A stretch of DNA of 32,356 bases, taken from the IMG/VR virus record IMGVR_UViG_3300020043_004150, positions 1 to 32,356 of that record. One strand, written 5' to 3'. Shown here in pieces: positions 31,110 to 32,356 of the stretch. The stretch is from a virus (Duplodnaviria > Caudoviricetes). The notes under the pieces were generated by a model. That model ran no database searches. It was not told the origin of the DNA and worked only from the letters and a program-made list of their open reading frames with translations. Within the stretch, counting starts at the first letter, position 1; each line of letters opens with the position of its first letter. A program made the position numbers and the translations under genes.

Positions 31110-31474
31110 TATTTAGCCTCCTTCTGGCTTGGGTGTTGTTGTTTTGCTCTTGAATGCCTATCACGCTTCTCACGATGCATCTGTGCAATGTTTTCTTTCT
31201 GGGTGCATAGATACAAATGATCGGGGTTAACACATAATGGTGTATTACACTTATGTGCTACAACCATACCTTCTGGGATCTCATGTTGAGATAACAACCA
31301 GGAAACACGATGAGCTGCTACTCCTTTGCCATCAAAAGCAAATGAACCGTAACCGGCATTGTTCCTGCCAGCTTGCCAAATCCAACATTCTTTTGGACTT
31401 GTAATTTTAACTTTAGACCAGAATCTAACGAATGCTGGGTAGTGCTTAGCGCCTTTATAACTTCCTCTTGCCAT
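31109..31474 (-). CDS. HNH endonuclease
   Basis: RFWSKV...CWIWQ...GYG...AHRVSW...HKCNTPLCVNPDHL...TQKEN; AGGAGG RBS. Confidence 0.9.
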   Translation of the reverse strand: MARGSYKGAKHYPAFVRFWSKVKITSPKECWIWQAGRNNAGYGSFAFDGKGVAAHRVSWLLSQHEIPEGMVVAHKCNTPLCVNPDHLYLCTQKENIAQMHREKRDRHSRAKQQHPSQKEAK

Positions 31475-31519
31475 ATAATCCTCCTTATATGTAAATAAAC
31501 TCTTAAAAGAGTCTGATAC

Positions 31520-31528
31520 ATCATACCA
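31520..31528 (-). promoter_or_regulatory. Extended -10 housekeeping-type promoter for the minus-strand operon
   Basis: TGgTATGAT on the minus strand, ~45 bp upstream of the HNH start. Confidence 0.5.
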
Positions 31529-31730
31529 TAGTATTTATTCTAAAGCGGATAGTAATGAATAAATCTTTGAAACACACAAAAGCTGTAAAGAAAATATACG
31601 CTCACATATATTGGCGGGTTTAAATTAATAAAGATTATAAGTAATAATCTTAAAAAAAAATATAAAAGAATCTATATAAGATATAAAGAATCTCAACCAC
31701 TCTTGGTGAGCAACAACCACGCACAGTGAT

Positions 31731-31775
31731 CCCATACCAAACAAACTCTGTATCTGTCAATAAAATTAAAAAAAA
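31731..31775 (-). promoter_or_regulatory. Possible second leftward sigma-70-type promoter
   Basis: T-tract UP-like element, perfect TTGACA (31760-31755), 18 bp, then TATGGG with TG extension (imperfect -10). Confidence 0.35.
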
Positions 31776-31936
31776 GAGAGCTAATTACGACTAAATAAGT
31801 CAAGTATTACAAGGGTTTGCTACGCAGTCCTATACCTACTCTAGACTCTATACAACTTAGAATCTATATAACCCCGCAAACTTTATCTTTAAAATAGATT
31901 TATTAAATATTTCTTTATTTGGCGGGCAAGAGCATA

Positions 31937-31961
31937 TGTAATGTGCTATGCTATATATAGG
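31937..31961 (+). promoter_or_regulatory. Putative late promoter, GTAA-N16-TAG copy 6
   Basis: TGTAA-tgtgctatgc-TATATA-TAGG, with no substantial ORF downstream. Confidence 0.6.
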
Positions 31962-32083
31962 CAACTGATACCCACCAAGAGATCGGAAGCTTAGCAATGC
32001 GGTTCCTCCTGTTGAATCTATGAAGTTCCGCCCAATCGTGTTGCGAAGGAAGCCCCAGTAGAAATGCTGGGGTTTTTCTTTTT
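31961..32083 (+). ncRNA. Candidate ~120-nt structured small RNA
   Basis: Bounded by the promoter motif and an intrinsic terminator. GC-richer than its flanks. Nested stems GCAAC-UGAU/AUCG-U-GUUGC and CGGAAGCUU/AAGUUCCG, with apical UUCCUCCUGUU. Confidence 0.55.
32050..32083 (+). terminator. Rho-independent terminator
   Basis: aagccccagta-GAAA-tgctggggttt followed by ttcttttt. Confidence 0.85.
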
Positions 32084-32277
32084 GTACCCAATTGTTGACT
32101 AATTTAGTCGGGATTAATTGTTAACCTGTTTAGTCGAGATTAACCACGCAGAGTAGTCAAGTGTCAGTTTTGCTAGGGCAAAGTGTCAGGCTAACCTAAC
32201 ATTGCTGTGCCTATGGACACACCTGCTTACGGAGAGTGGTTAATTAACTACAATAAGTGATAATAAAGATATAAAAA

Positions 32278-32355
32278 GGCGGAGAAATATTTGTTAAAGT
32301 TCAAAACGGTTATGAAATAGACGAACTGCATAAGGTTTATGCAACTGGTCCAAAC
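32278..32355 (+). repeat. Exact 78-bp copy of 2494..2571 at the window end
   Basis: ggcggagaaatatttg...ctggtccaaac is identical in both places; the final base 32356 differs. Confidence 0.95.
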
Positions 32356-32356
32356 C

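Larger units (their letters stand above)
31715..32189. repeat. Dispersed short repeats in the non-coding region
   Basis: TTTAGTCGnnATTA at 32103 and 32129, inverted at 31782-31795; AACCACGCASAGT at 31715 and 32142; AGTCAAGT at 31798 and 32155; AAGTGTCAG at 32159 and 32181. Confidence 0.7.

Noticed and set aside
31961-32044. tRNA or 6S RNA
   Set aside because: There is no cloverleaf or T-loop consensus, and it is much shorter and less symmetric than 6S RNA.
31997-32061. Leu-rich leader peptide MRFLLLNL (31997-32023) and an overlapping 13-aa ORF acting as an attenuator
   Set aside because: The RBS is weak and no regulated gene is visible downstream. It remains only a minor alternative to the sRNA reading.

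Overview
This 32.4 kb AT-rich window is a large part of a tailed dsDNA phage genome with a podovirus-like layout. The holin-like, DUF2746-like and SLT genes suggest a freshwater actinobacterial host (inference). The plus strand (1-26723) carries: a fibre module (Gly-rich protein, chaperone, G-X-T collagen-like protein, 7-bladed beta-propeller); terminase large subunit; a cluster of tiny basic proteins with a holin-like gene and a HiPIP-like gene; portal, scaffold and major capsid; adaptor and nozzle; a second fibre module (FN3-[PPVV/PPVT]15-Cys-rich protein followed by a tandem 2OG-Fe(II) oxygenase); four likely ejection proteins; a metallophosphoesterase; and a lytic transglycosylase. The minus strand (26720-31474) carries a stand-alone sigma-70 region 4 protein, RusA, a methyltransferase, two HNH proteins and a GT2-TPR-GT2 glycosyltransferase. 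The last ~800 bp are non-coding. The most interesting signals are: (1) a fixed-spacing GTAA-N16-TAG motif found six times in intergenic positions; (2) one copy of that motif in front of a terminated ~120-nt candidate sRNA whose loop is complementary to the lysin ribosome-binding site and start codon; (3) a candidate virion-modification system in which prolyl-hydroxylase-like, glycosyltransferase and methyltransferase genes act on polyproline and G-X-T repeat fibres; (4) a duplicated 'socket-and-plug' fibre architecture. The final 78 bp duplicate 2494-2571 and are most likely an assembly artefact. All protein family calls come from motifs recognised by eye; no searches were run.
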